From Octopus vulgaris (lineage: Eukaryota), in contig OX597822.1 of assembly GCA_951406725.2 (NCBI GenBank), positions 116,002,001 to 116,066,000 of the forward strand: a stretch of 64,000 nt of DNA, in the 5' to 3' direction. The notes under the pieces are model-generated. The model saw nothing but the letters and a program-made list of their open reading frames with translations. It made no database searches and was not told the origin of the DNA. Position numbers and translations under genes: made by a program. Each line of letters opens with the position of its first letter. Position 1 is the stretch's first letter. Positions 36,650-50,753 of the stretch are shown here, in pieces.

Positions 36650-38718
36650 TTAAACTGTTTCAGCTTTAAAGCTGTGGTCATGCTGGAGCACCACTGTTGG
36701 CTGAGCTACACCATTATTTGGAACATCCTCTGATATGTGGCATTTGGTGAATGAGGGAGTTTGATGCCGCTGCCTTCATCTGTGTTTCCTGCTGTGAGGT
36801 AGGCTCATCCGGAACCCTCAATAGGAAGAGATCCAGTTTTGTTTTAAAGACACATCCACACAATGCAGGTCTCTCCGGCATTTTGGAAGGATATTAAAGA
36901 GCTGTGGGCCCTTGAAGCCCAAGCTGTTGCAGTATCTGGCCCTGTATTTTGATGGCGCTGCTAGGATCTTTGGCACTATGCAGTGGTGCCCAATTCTGCA
37001 GTTTGAGTAATTATCAATGCCAAAGTTTGGTACAAGGCCTTCTAGGATTTTCCAGATGTATATCACTGCATATCTCTCTCGCCTTTGTTCCAGGGAGAAG
37101 AGTTTTAATTCTTTATATCTTTCCCAGTAGCTGACATGTTGCATCAAGATGATTTTCTTAGTGTAGCTTCGTTGGATTGCTTTGAGTTCCAGCATGGATT
37201 TTTTATTGTGTGGTGACCATAGTTGGGAGCAATAGTCTAAGCAGCTGAGAACATATGTCCTCCAAAGGATCATCAATGTCTCCTTTTCTCTTGTTTTGAA
37301 AGTTTGGAGGATCCAGCCAGCCAGCCGTCTGCATTTTATTATCAAATTGGTGGTGTGCACTTGGAAAGAGGCATCATTGCTCGTGTCAATGCCCAGGTCA
37401 CGCACTGATTTTGATTCATGGATTTCAGTTCCTCCTGGGCCAGTGGATCCTGTCTGCGTGTCGTTGAGCTTTGTGTGCTGGTATTAAACTACATGTTGTT
37501 GTCCTCAGCCTACCTGTATATTGCGTCCAACTCCCGTTGCAGATGTGCAATATTTCCAGGATTTTGTATTGTCTGAGAGACTTTTGTGTCATCTGCATAA
37601 CTAGCAAGGGTGGCTATCTGAGCTGCTGAGGGCATGTCTGAGTGTGCTACTATGAACAGCAGTAGCCCCAAGACAGTGCCCTGTGGAACACCACTTGCTA
37701 TTTGCATTTCCTTGGAGGTGGCTCCATTGGCCACTACTGCTTGATGTCTATCCTTTAGAAAGTTGTGCAGTCATTCTCCAAGTTTTCCGCATATACCAAT
37801 ATCACGCAGTTTGTGACAGATCATACCATGGTCAACTTTATCAAAGGCTTTTGCAAAGTTGAGATATATCACATCTACACTTGACTCATTCAGCAGCTGT
37901 TTTAACACCCAGTCATAGTGTTGCAGGAGCTGTGTCAGACAGCTTCTATCAGGACGAAATCCTTGCTGGGTGTCTGTCAGCAAGTCATTTTCTTCCAGGA
38001 ATGGGATTAGTTTCTTATGGACTATTCATTCCATGACTTTACTGATATGCGAGGTAGAGAGAGAAAGGCCTATAATTTTTAGCATCTGCTCTGCGCCCTC
38101 CCTTATAGATATGGCATATTATCCCTTCCTTCAGTTTGTCTGGGAGCTTACCACTTGTAAGGAAGCTCTGGGAGCGAAGCTGCAGTGGCTTTCTAAGAGC
38201 TCGCTTGCATGATTTGAGCAGGACCACTGGAAACCCATCCACGCCAGCTGCTGAGTCTATGGCAATCTCATCTATGGCCAGAATTACATCTTCTTCTTCA
38301 ATGTTTGGGTACTCAATATTTTTAACCTCTTTGGTTTTAGGTAATGTGGCAAAGAATTCCACTGGTTTGTTCACTTGCCTGTGTTCCAACGATGTACTGA
38401 ACACACTTTGGAACTGTTTGTTCAGTATTTCACTTACCCTCCTGGAACTTCCTGTGAGGGAGCCATCTTTTTGGAAGAGGGGTCCTATCTTGTGGCATAC
38501 TGAGGCTGTTTCTTAGGCAGACTTAATGATAGCTTTAAGGTTCGACTTGATATTTTCTATAACTCAAGCTTCTTTATTTGCTCTCTTCTTTTTACGAGAC
38601 TGATGAAGACGTTTCTCAATTTCCAATAGCACTCTCTCCAGACGAGACTTCTCAACATTTTCGGAATGTTTGATCAGACAGTTTGCAATCTTTGTCCGTC
38701 GTCTCATAAGAATCATAA
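36650..38718 (-). mobile_element. CR1-group LINE, 5'-truncated, decayed, 3' tail intact
   Basis: RT motifs YLNFAKAFDKV, GVPQG, YADDTK, LDYCSQLWSP and SLEQRR. Homologous to about 32450-34533 in the opposite orientation. Confidence 0.93.
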
Positions 38719-38720
38719 GA

Positions 38721-38751
38721 ATATATATATGTGTGTATGTGTATGTGTGTG

Positions 38752-38822
<71 letters not shown>

Positions 38823-38825
38823 ATG

Positions 38826-38902
<77 letters not shown>

Positions 38903-39091
38903 TATATATATATATATATATGTGTGAGTCTATATAAATATATATACACATGTATAAATATATATGTATATATATGCATATATATATACATGTATATATA
39001 TATGTGTGTATATATATATGCATATATATACATGCATATATATATATAATATGTGTATATATACATATATATGCATATATATATACATGCA

Positions 39092-39122
<31 letters not shown>

Positions 39123-39586
39123 ATATATATACATGCATATATATGTATATATATATATATATATGTGTATATATATATATATATATGTATGTGTATATAT
39201 ATACATGCATATATATGTATATATATATGTATGTGTATATATATACATGCATATATATGTATATATATATGTATATGTATATATGTATATGTATGTAAGT
39301 GTATATATATGTATATGTATATATATGTATATGCATGTATATGTATATGCATGTATATATATACACATACATATATATATATATACATATATATGCATGT
39401 ATATATATATACACATACATATATCATCATCATCATCATCGTTTAACGTCCGTTCTCCATGCTAGCATAGGTTGGACGGTTCGACCGGGGATCTGGGAAG
39501 CCAGAAGGCTGCATCAGGCTCCAGTCTTATATACATATATATGCATGTATATATATATATGCATATATATATGTGTATATACACAC

Positions 39587-39626
<40 letters not shown>

Positions 39627-39847
39627 ATATATATATATATATACATGTATATATATATATACACACATGTATATATATATATATGTATGTATGTATGTAT
39701 ATATAAATACACATATATGTACACACATATATATATACATATATACACATATATATAGATACACGTATATACATACACATATCATATACATATATATTTA
39801 AATATATATATATATATATACATACACACAGACACGTAGATATACAT

Positions 39848-39895
<48 letters not shown>

Positions 39896-39900
39896 ATATC
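38721..39900. repeat. long compound (TA)n/(TATG)n/(CA)n microsatellite field containing an RTE-tail insertion at 39424-39527(-)
   Basis: Directly visible. Confidence 0.9.
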
Positions 39901-40245
39901 TGGGCCATGGATTGCCTCATGTGCTGGTGGCACATAAAAAGCACCATTCGAGCGTGATCCCTGCCATATTCCCCTCACCAGCACATGCACCGGTGGCATG
40001 TGAAAAACAACATTCAAGCATGGTTGTTGCCAGTACCGCCTGACTGGCCCTTGTGTCGATGGCACTTAGAAGCACCCACTACACTCTCAGATTTGTTGGC
40101 ATTAGGAAGGACATCCAGCAGTAGAAACCTTACCAGATACGGCTGGAGCCTGGTACAGCCTCCTGGCTACCCAGCCCTCAGTCAAACCATCCAGCCCATG
40201 CCTGCATGGAAAGCAGACGTTAAACGACGATGATGATAATGATGA
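39901..40245 (+). mobile_element. RTE 3'-UTR fragment
   Basis: Three hairpin units, the ttggcattaggaaggacatccag motif and a (gat)n tail. Confidence 0.85.
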
Positions 40246-40264
40246 TATATATATATATGTGTAC

Positions 40265-40321
<57 letters not shown>

Positions 40322-40386
40322 CACATACACACACACACATATATATATTCATATATACATACATACATTTATACACACATTATATA

Positions 40387-41269
40387 CAGAGTACTGAGAA
40401 ATATTGTCATCTAAATTACGAAAATAAAAATGATACTGACATCTCGTTTTAACAGAAATATTTACCAAAATTACATAAAAATATCTTGAAATACTAAAGA
40501 GTAAATTGATTCAATAAAATCCCCATTGGCTTCACCTAAGGCCTCCAGACAACTTCAGATTCTCCTACAACACTTCTGGATGGTTTCCTTGCTTAAGTTG
40601 GTGAAAGCTGCCATAATCCTTGCCTTTAGTCCATCTTTTGTGTTACAAGGACTTTTATTGGTCCCTTACTCAACTGCTCCCCACACATAACAATCAAGGG
40701 GTTGCAGTCTGGTGAGTTATGTGGTCAGATGTTAGGGTTGGTGTGGTCGCAGAAATTATCTGACAGCCATGGACTGGGTTCTCCCGCTCGTGTGGCATGG
40801 TGCAGAATCCTGTTGCCTGACCTAGGGTCCTCCAGCTGATGCCCACCCCCAACTCTTGACCCAGGGCAGCACTAGCTTCTCCAAGCACTCTGTGTTGAGT
40901 ATGGGGCGATGTGAGAAGATGATTGGAAGCATAATGTCGCCGTCACTAATGGTCACGCCAAACACTATGACGGTCACTGGATGTCCAGTTCTTATCCCTC
41001 TCGGTACATGTTTTGGAGACATGGCAAGCCAAAGGTTGTTCTGTGTGTTCACTATCTGTTTGTAGTGGAGCTTCAAGCGTGACTGCGAAGCAGTACAGCA
41101 TGGCATTACCGAATTTCTGGCAGAGTGAATTGCGTCATGGTGCTGGTTCTCCCACAGACGATGCCCAACTGACCCTACTATACTGTGTTGTCAACAAAAT
41201 GAAAAAGAAAGAACGCACGTGTGTGAAATTAAAAATACAAAATGGCAATGATTTACCAGTCACACCCTG
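40387..41269 (-). mobile_element. Tc1/mariner maT (DD37D-like) element, internally deleted
   Basis: Terminus cagggtgtgactggtaaatc. Minus-strand relics HPVTVIVFG...SDGDIM, QQDSAPCH and PLDCYVWG. The left TIR is degenerate. Confidence 0.7.
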
Positions 41270-41570
41270 TGTATGTGTGTGTATATATATACATAAATGT
41301 ATACACAGATGTATTCATATGCAAGATTAATGATGCTTTAACATCCGTTTTCCATGCTAGCATGGGTAAGACAAACATATAGCTATCTTAAATGATTTAT
41401 TTACACATATGTTACGTATGTATATGTCACACATATATTTACATATATATTCATATTACATACAATATATATATATATAAATTACAAATATATAATATAT
41501 ATATGTGTGTGTGTGTGTGTGTATAATATATATGTATAATATTACACACAAATTCATACATCAATGTTTA

Positions 41571-41602
<32 letters not shown>

Positions 41603-41984
41603 CTCTTTTACTTGTTTCTGTCATTTGACTGCGGCCATGCTGGAGCACCACCTTTAATCGAGCAACTCGACCCCGGGACTTATTCTTTTTGTAAGCACAG
41701 TACTTATTCTATCGGTCTCTTTTGCCGAACCGCTAAGTAACAACCAGCATTGGTTGTCAAGCAATGCTAGGGGACAAACACAGACACACAAACACACACA
41801 CGCATATATATATATATATATATACAACGGGCTTCTTTCAGTTTCCGTCTACCAAATCCACTCACAAGGCTTTGGTCGGCCCGAAGCTATAGTAGAAGAC
41901 ACTTGCCCAAGGTGCCACGCAGTGGGACTGAACCCGGAACCATGTGGTTGGTAGACAAGCTACTTACCACACAGCCACTCCTGC

Positions 41985-41987
<3 letters not shown>
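41603..41987 (-). mobile_element. family A SINE, young, inserted in (TA)n
   Basis: Near full-length reverse-complement copy flanked by TA tracts on both sides. Confidence 0.92.
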
Positions 41988-42023
<36 letters not shown>

Positions 42024-42394
42024 CATATATATTATATATACATATATATTATATTATATTATATATATACATATATATTATATTATATTATATTATATAT
42101 ACATATATATATATTATATATATATTATATATATAGATTATATATATATATATATATATTATATATACATATATATTATATATACATATATATTATATTA
42201 TATATATACATATATATTATATTATATTATATATATACATATATATTATATTATATTATATATATATATTATATATATATAGATTATATTATATTATATT
42301 ATATATACATATTTTATTATATACATACATATATTATATATAGAAAAAGTCTTTTACGTTTCGAATATATATATATTATATTATATTGTATTAT

Positions 42395-42440
<46 letters not shown>
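41988..42440. repeat. degenerate (TA)n/(TATAT)n satellite
   Basis: Directly visible. Confidence 0.9.
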
Positions 42441-42443
<3 letters not shown>

Positions 42444-42798
42444 TGCAGGTTTCCTTGCCAACCACATGAATTCTGGTTCAGTCGTATAGCTTGGCATCTT
42501 GACCAATTGACATCTATCGAGTGTGTGTGTGTGGCTGGTGTCAGCTTGCCTTGTTATTATGCAATAGTTGTAAACAAATGTCGCCGCCACAACAGAAACT
42601 GTGAGTTGTTGATTAGTTCTCCTCTCAAACGTGTCCAGCAGATGGGGATGGGGGTGGGGGGTGGGATATTATCGCACTTGGATCATGTGAGCGTTGGCGA
42701 TAGGAAGGGCATCTTGCCAAACAAAATCCGCCAAAGTGAAATCCGTGAGACACATGGAAACATGCAGAAGTGGACATCAAAACGATGATGGTTACATT

Positions 42799-42855
42799 AG
42801 AGAGAGAGAGAGAGAGAGAGAGATAAAGATAGATAGATAAATAGATAGACAGACG

Positions 42856-42922
<67 letters not shown>

Positions 42923-42939
42923 GGATGGATGGATGGATG

Positions 42940-43018
<79 letters not shown>

Positions 43019-43118
43019 GGATGGATGGATGGATGGATGGATGGATGGATGGACAGACAGATAGATGGATGGATGGATGGATGGACGGACGGACGGACAG
43101 ACAGACAGACAGACAGAG
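42799..43118. repeat. (AG)n(GATA)n(GATG)n(GACA)n compound microsatellite
   Basis: Directly visible. Confidence 0.95.
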
Positions 43119-45076
43119 AACGACAGACACACACATCGATCGATGAAATGAGAAAGACAGATGGACAGATTTGGCAGATAGATAGGGAGATAAGGAGAAA
43201 GATAGAGAGAGAGGCAAATAGACAGATAGATAAAGTGAATAGAGTGTAGAGAGAGAGATGAGGGGGAATAGCTAGTTAGATAGACAAACCAATAGATAAA
43301 GAGAGAGGGAGATAAACAAATAGAAAGCAAGTGGGTACATAAGACAGGTAATTGGTTGATGAGTGGGGAAACGGATGGAGGAAACATCGGTCCATACAGG
43401 CCTGCGGAATAATAAACGGAGAGATTGCTAGACACGATTCCATAATTTACGTGCAGAGTAGATGGCAGATTGTGTGTGTGTAGGTAGGTAGGTAGATAGA
43501 TAAGTGTGTATGGATCTATCTATGCACACACACACACACAGACTAAAGATGTGTGTGTGTGATGTATACTAACAGACAAATAAATAGATATACGCATCGG
43601 AATAATATTCAAAGCTAGATGCGTCGGGTGGATCAACACGAGATCCAGTAGAAACGAATACAAATATATATAAACACGAATGCCTAAAAACACTGGAAAT
43701 GTAGAATAGAAAAACGATTCCTCATTTGGTCAGTGCAGTCATATAGAGAAGGCAGCAGAATTCACAAGTACACATATACACATTATATATATATAGTTCA
43801 CAGAATTGGGTTCCATTGTAGAATATCCAAGCAAAACACTTTAATAATGGAATTAATAGAACGGTTTTTACTTGAGCAAAATTTAAAATGCTGTTTATTG
43901 GGGGGTTTTTTTCTCTTTTTCGAATTTTAATGGTGAAACTCCAATCAGAATTGCAGACAAAACATGTCTAAACAATTCAAATGTAAGCTACATTAGAAAT
44001 GAGTAAAATTTATATTTTTAAAATAATCGGAATGCTGTTGCTTTCCTATTTTTTAAAAAAAGGGTCAAGATGTCATTCTACTGACACAAAACAGATTTTA
44101 ATTAGAAACTTATATTATTATTATTATTTCGAGACCGTGAAGGGCTTGAATACTAGAAACTTCACCGAATCGCATTACTTTCACTATAGAAAACGAAGCC
44201 TAATTCTTTGAAATATACATTACTTTCGTTATTTTGCCCGAATGATTCTGCAATAGAGCCAGCCAGGAAGTATGTATCCACCAAAAGGGGGAAAAAACAC
44301 TTGAAATTCTACATCAGGTGACAACTGTGTAGGGACACACAGACAAAGCTCTTGAAATTATTCTCATTTCTATTTCAGATGCATGGAATATTCCCCCCAC
44401 CTCTGGCTAAAGAATCAGTCTGTTTAATAAATAAACATAACACTTAATCATTCACATCGTGAACATAAAAAGGAGAAAATACACAGAAAACAACCAAAAT
44501 CCGTTCAGACAACAGAACTACTTTCATTATAAAAAAAAATATCTTTAAAAAAAATAAAGGAAAGCAGTGAATCGAAGGTCCTTTTGGGCGTAGAAGTGGA
44601 ACCTTCATTGTAGACAAACGCACACACACAACCAAGCCGAGATCTCTAAATTAATATTCTTTAATGCAGTAAATTATTAAAATACTTAAAAAACGGTAAA
44701 AGCAGGAACAATTTGATAACAATAAATACAAGAGTTTGATTAGTTTTTAAAACAGAGTCAATTAAATACATAATTAACAGACACACATAGACAGCAAATG
44801 GCAATTATAAGTGGTATTATATTAGAAGTCAAAGACGTTCTGGTTCAAAATACATAAATATAAATAACAATAATGACCAGGATGAAAATAAGAGCCCAAT
44901 TAATAAGAGAGGACAGAATTTGGATATCATTATTCAGAGGACTTTCCCATTATTTATGTTCGAATTTGTAGGAGAGACAAAGAAAGCAATTTTCATTATT
45001 ACAAGCAACTACAGATACTAAATCTCACAGATAGAGGAACTAAACATTATGATCACATTTCATATATATACATATT

Positions 45077-45131
<55 letters not shown>

Positions 45132-45618
45132 GGTATATATATGATCAGTGTGTGTGCCTGCCTCTGTATGTGTGTGCGTGTGTCTATGCTTTTATACGTT
45201 TATATATGTATGATGATGTCTACCTGCCACACTCGGTCGCTCAGCGAGATCCAGCCATACCAACTGTACTCCACATGTATCCGAAATGCCCTTAAACAAA
45301 GAAAAGTAATGGATGGAGGTGGTGGTGGTGGTGGTGGTGATCGGAGTAGGTGCTGCTGACGGTGATGATGACAATAGTTTTGCTACTGCTGCTGCTGCTG
45401 CTGCTGCTCGTGGTGGTGGTGGTGGTGGTGGTCGTCGTCGTCGTGGTGATGTTGATGGTTAAACGAGAGGGTGGTGGGGGGAGGGGGGCGGCTGAATTCA
45501 GTCAATATATAACATCCACAGTGAACGAGTAACAGAGTAAAAGTTGATAGCACAACATATCTGCGATGTGAGTCAGTGCTTTTTACGTGGCTCTACACAC
45601 ACACTTACACACACACAC

Positions 45619-45653
<35 letters not shown>

Positions 45654-46390
45654 TGCAGCCAGCCAGCCAAATCTGGCCAAATGTCTGGAGGAAGAGGAGG
45701 AGAGGCAGGAGGAGGAGGAGGAGAGAAACTGAACGTAGACAACACATTTGCCAGTTGGAAACACGTGCACTGGCATCGCTAAAACATGGGCTTCGTCACC
45801 CTCAACCGAAATTGAGCAAATAAATCCGACACTCTCTTTACTCTACGCGTCCACACACATCCTTCGCTGGTCTTTCTAGTCATCCATATCAAACAACCAT
45901 CTACCTTCACTGAGGAAAGAAGCCTTCACATGGTCGCTGGAGCTGAGAGGAATAACAAACCAAATTTCCCCTCAAATCACACCCGACCAGATTTTAAAAA
46001 AAAATATATCCCCACCCCCACAAAAAGAAGAAGAACGGGCACATCGGATCATGTAATCCTAGATATACTCAAAAAGAGTCACAGATGTAATAATTTGGGC
46101 CATAGGTCTGCTTGACCTGGGGCTAAATAATAACAACAACTCACCACCAGAAATATCAATCAATTCGTCTTGTGTGTCGTGTATATATACACACACACAC
46201 ACACACACATACATACATACATTATCTCCTTTTTCAGCTCTCTCTGGCAGCAATAATTCCCAAAGTAAAGAGAAACTGAGGAAACTAGTGAGAATTTGTG
46301 AGTTGAAACAATTCTAAACTGGAATAAATTATAAATCGGTTGACCGAGACGAAGAAAGGGAAACGACTGTTTTGCACCCAACACACCCAC

Positions 46391-46395
<5 letters not shown>

Positions 46396-46438
<43 letters not shown>

Positions 46439-47065
46439 CATTATATATATATATATAATATACATTATATATACATACATTATATATATATATATATACA
46501 TTATATATATATATACATTATATATATATATATACATTATATATATATATAATATACATTATATATATATATAATATACATTATATATATATATACATAC
46601 ATTATATATATATATACATTATATATATATATACATTATATATATATATAATATACATTATATATATATATATATATAATATACATTATATATATATATA
46701 CATTATATATATATATATAATATACATTATATATATATATACATGCATTATATATATATACATTATATATATATACATTATATATATATATAATATACAT
46801 TATATATATATATAATATACATTATATATATATACATTATATATATATATAATATACATTATATATATATATAATATATACATTATATATATATACATTA
46901 TATATATATATAATATACATTATATATATATATACATACATTATATATATATATAAATATATACATTATATATATATATACATTATATATATATACATAT
47001 ATATATATTCATCATATAAGTATATACATTATATATATATACATATACATACATTATATATATAC

Positions 47066-47104
<39 letters not shown>

Positions 47105-47163
47105 TATATATATGGTATTAAGTCAGACATGGCCTGGACCAATCTTTGGTCGAAACATATCTA

Positions 47164-47202
<39 letters not shown>

Positions 47203-47616
47203 TATATATATATATATACATTATATATATATATACATTATATATATATATACATTATATATATATATATACATACATTATATATATATATATACATTAT
47301 ATATATATATATATATATATACATTATATATATAATATATACATTATATATATATATAAAATATACATTATATATATATATATATATATATACATTTTAT
47401 ATATATATATATATATATACATTATATATACATATACACATTTTATATATATATATATATACACATATATATATAAATTATATATACACATTATATATAT
47501 ATAAATTATATATACATACATTATATATATATAATATACATTATATATATACATACATTATATATATATATAATATACATTATATATATATACATACATT
47601 ATATATATATATATAA
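46396..47616. repeat. about 1.2 kb (TA)n-CAT minisatellite with a 55-bp unique island at 47113-47167
   Basis: Directly visible. Confidence 0.92.
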
Positions 47617-47745
47617 TGAATTTTACGGTGTACGATTTGTAACCTTGAAGCTTGCTTAGACAGCTGAAGCGAAAAGATTGGTGAAGAAGCATCAAGGATT
47701 CCTGGTTGGCCAGGGATGACGGGAAAATACCGAGTGGCACCTTAC

Positions 47746-47806
47746 TCAGATCTCATCATTCCAAGTCGCTTTGCCGTCACCCATGACGAGGTGGACAGAC
47801 TCGGAA
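47746..47806 (-). other. candidate exon (61 nt)
   Basis: Strong acceptor tttttttcttgtttcaattctgctcag and donor gtaagg. One open frame, PSLSTSSWVTAKRLGMMRS. Confidence 0.35.
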
Positions 47807-48572
47807 CTGAGCAGAATTGAAACAAGAAAAAAAGTCAAGTGAATTAAAAATTACGTTTGTAACGATTCATTTCGGTTCCGATGTGAAAGTTACTTCCATT
47901 CGATTAGCATCCATCCAGAGAAGGAAATTAATTCTTCAGTCCCTTTAACTTTTTTTGAATTTTTATTTTCTGTGTGGAGAGAAGACAAATATAGTTGCAA
48001 GATGTCATTGTGAGAGCAGGAATATTTTTTACGCAAGCGAGAAGAAAGAAGACGGATGGGAAGTGGTTGTTTATGTTTCACTAACGACATTCGTGAAAAC
48101 TAGAAAAAACTTCAGCGTCGCTACATCCTTTAATGAAATTCTGGGAAATTATTTGTTTATATATAATAGGAATGAGGGTATGGGTAAATGGAGCCTCGCT
48201 GTATTACGGGTGCTTATTTTAATGACCCACCCACCCCGCTGGGAAAGATGATCACAAAGTTGACCACTTTGAGCGATGACGCAATTACACAGCCCTGGAC
48301 TTGTGATAAAGTAATTAAGGATAAAAAGGGATGACGATGAAATAAAGACAAAACAAGTTGCCACGTTTATAATTGTTTTCCTTTATAAACACACACGAAC
48401 GTGTGTGTATATACCAATGTATATACATATGTGGATGTGCGTGTATATATACATATGTGTGTCTGTATATATATATATATATATGTATGTATATATATAT
48501 ATATATATATATAAATGTGTTTGTGTGTTATATGTATGTATATACATATGTATGTGCGTGTATATATGTGTG

Positions 48573-48621
<49 letters not shown>

Positions 48622-49475
48622 GTATATAAATGTGTTTGTGTGTTATATGTATGTATAAATAGCGACGATTAGTTATTGGTTATTTGTTCCAGGGAAGGAA
48701 TGGAAAGAGGTCAGCTTGTAGCGAAAGAACAACTACATCTGAAGGTTAAATGAAGAGAATTTAGACTTTGAAGCCCAACGAAAGGTAATGCCGAATAGTT
48801 TCCGTCTCCATATATAAACACACATGCTCGGTAGCCATACTGAGAAGTTCAAACTAAAGTAAATAAGACGAGTAGACAGGATACGCCCACTCCATCTTAT
48901 CTTCCACGTGTGGGGGGAAGGATAGAGAGAAAACAGAAATTGAGGCCTTGATGTATGAAGAGAGGGAAAAGTGGCGGGGTTAGGGTTTTGAAAAAAGGAA
49001 AGTAGTAAGGGATAAAATGATGTATTAGAGGAAGAGGAGAGGAGAGGACGGAGTAGAGGTAATAATGTAGGTATGCGTGGACGAACACATTGAAACAAAC
49101 GATGAGGAGTAGTAGAGCGATGTAGACGGGCCTTTGGCAAACGGGTTCGATACGCAGTCGAAGCTGTTTAGTTTACGTCATTGGTGTCGATGAGAAGGGC
49201 ATGTGAGCAACAACTTAGTTTATTATGGAGGTCGGAGGAGGATTTGTGCTTTGCCAATGTATTATTATGATGGAATATAAACCGAGTTTAGTTTGCTGTG
49301 TGTGTGTGTGTGTGTAAGTGTATATGCGTAGAGAAAAAAATTGCCTGGTTGTTTGAATACAAATAAAAGTAAACTTGGAATTTCCTCTCAACTTGTGGGG
49401 AGAGAAATCCGAGTTTAATACAAAAAAAAAGTGGATCGACATCCAGATAGCGAAGACGGATACAGAGCAAGGTAC

Positions 49476-49555
49476 CATACATACATACATAACATACATA
49501 CATACAAACATATGATACATACATACATACATTCATACATACATACATACATACA

Positions 49556-49586
<31 letters not shown>

Positions 49587-49592
49587 GATACA

Positions 49593-49623
<31 letters not shown>

Positions 49624-50186
49624 GATACATACATACATTCATACATACATACATACATACATACATACTTACATACATACATACATGCATACATACATAC
49701 TTACATACATACATACGTACATACATACATACATACATACATACATACATGCATACATGCATGCATGCATACATACATACATACATACATACATACATGC
49801 ATACATACATACATACATACATACATACATACATACATACATACATACATACATACATACATACATACATACATACATACATGCATGCATACATACATAC
49901 GTACATACATACATACATACGTACGTACGTACGTACGTACATACATACATACATACTTACATACATACATACATACATACATACGTACGTACGTACGTAC
50001 ATACATACATACATACATACATACATACATACATACAAACATACATACATACATACATACATACATGCATATACATACATATACATACATACATACATAC
50101 ATACATACATACATACATACATGATATATACATACATATGATATATACATATATACATACATATGATATATACATACATACATACG
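49476..50186. repeat. (CATA)n microsatellite, about 700 bp
   Basis: Directly visible. Confidence 0.95.
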
Positions 50187-50358
50187 TAGATCTATGGACA
50201 GTTTGAAAAGCTGGCCGTTGACGAAACTTCTGAATAACTCAACATTTTTATAACAGATTTAATGTTGGTGAAGTGGGAAAGAGTTTAAAAACTTGCAGTT
50301 CGCTCGGATACTTTGAAGGGAATCCAAACGTGCTTTCCAGCACACAAACACACAAATT

Positions 50359-50402
50359 AGATAGACAGACAGACAGACAGATAGATGGATGGACGGACGG
50401 AC

Positions 50403-50485
<83 letters not shown>

Positions 50486-50602
50486 CACAGAGATAGACAG
50501 ACAGACAGACAGATAGAAAGATGGATAGATAGATAGATAGGTAGATAGACAGACAGACAGACAGATAGAAAGATGGATAGATAGATAGATAGATAGATAG
50601 AT

Positions 50603-50639
<37 letters not shown>

Positions 50640-50705
50640 TGGATAGATAGATAGACAGACAGACAGATAGATAGATGGATAGATAGATAGATAGATAGAT
50701 AGATG

Positions 50706-50747
<42 letters not shown>

Positions 50748-50753
50748 GAGAGA
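50359..50753. repeat. (GATA)n/(GACA)n microsatellite
   Basis: Directly visible. Confidence 0.95.

Noticed and set aside
47745-47812. atgacgag...ctcggaac hammerhead-like core
   Set aside because: Both catalytic boxes are mismatched and the flanking stems do not register.
48710-48840. Minus-strand peptide YGYRACVFIYGDG resembling a TRAF/MATH motif
   Set aside because: Similarity covers only about 12 residues, the frame stops soon after, and there are no other TRAF exons.
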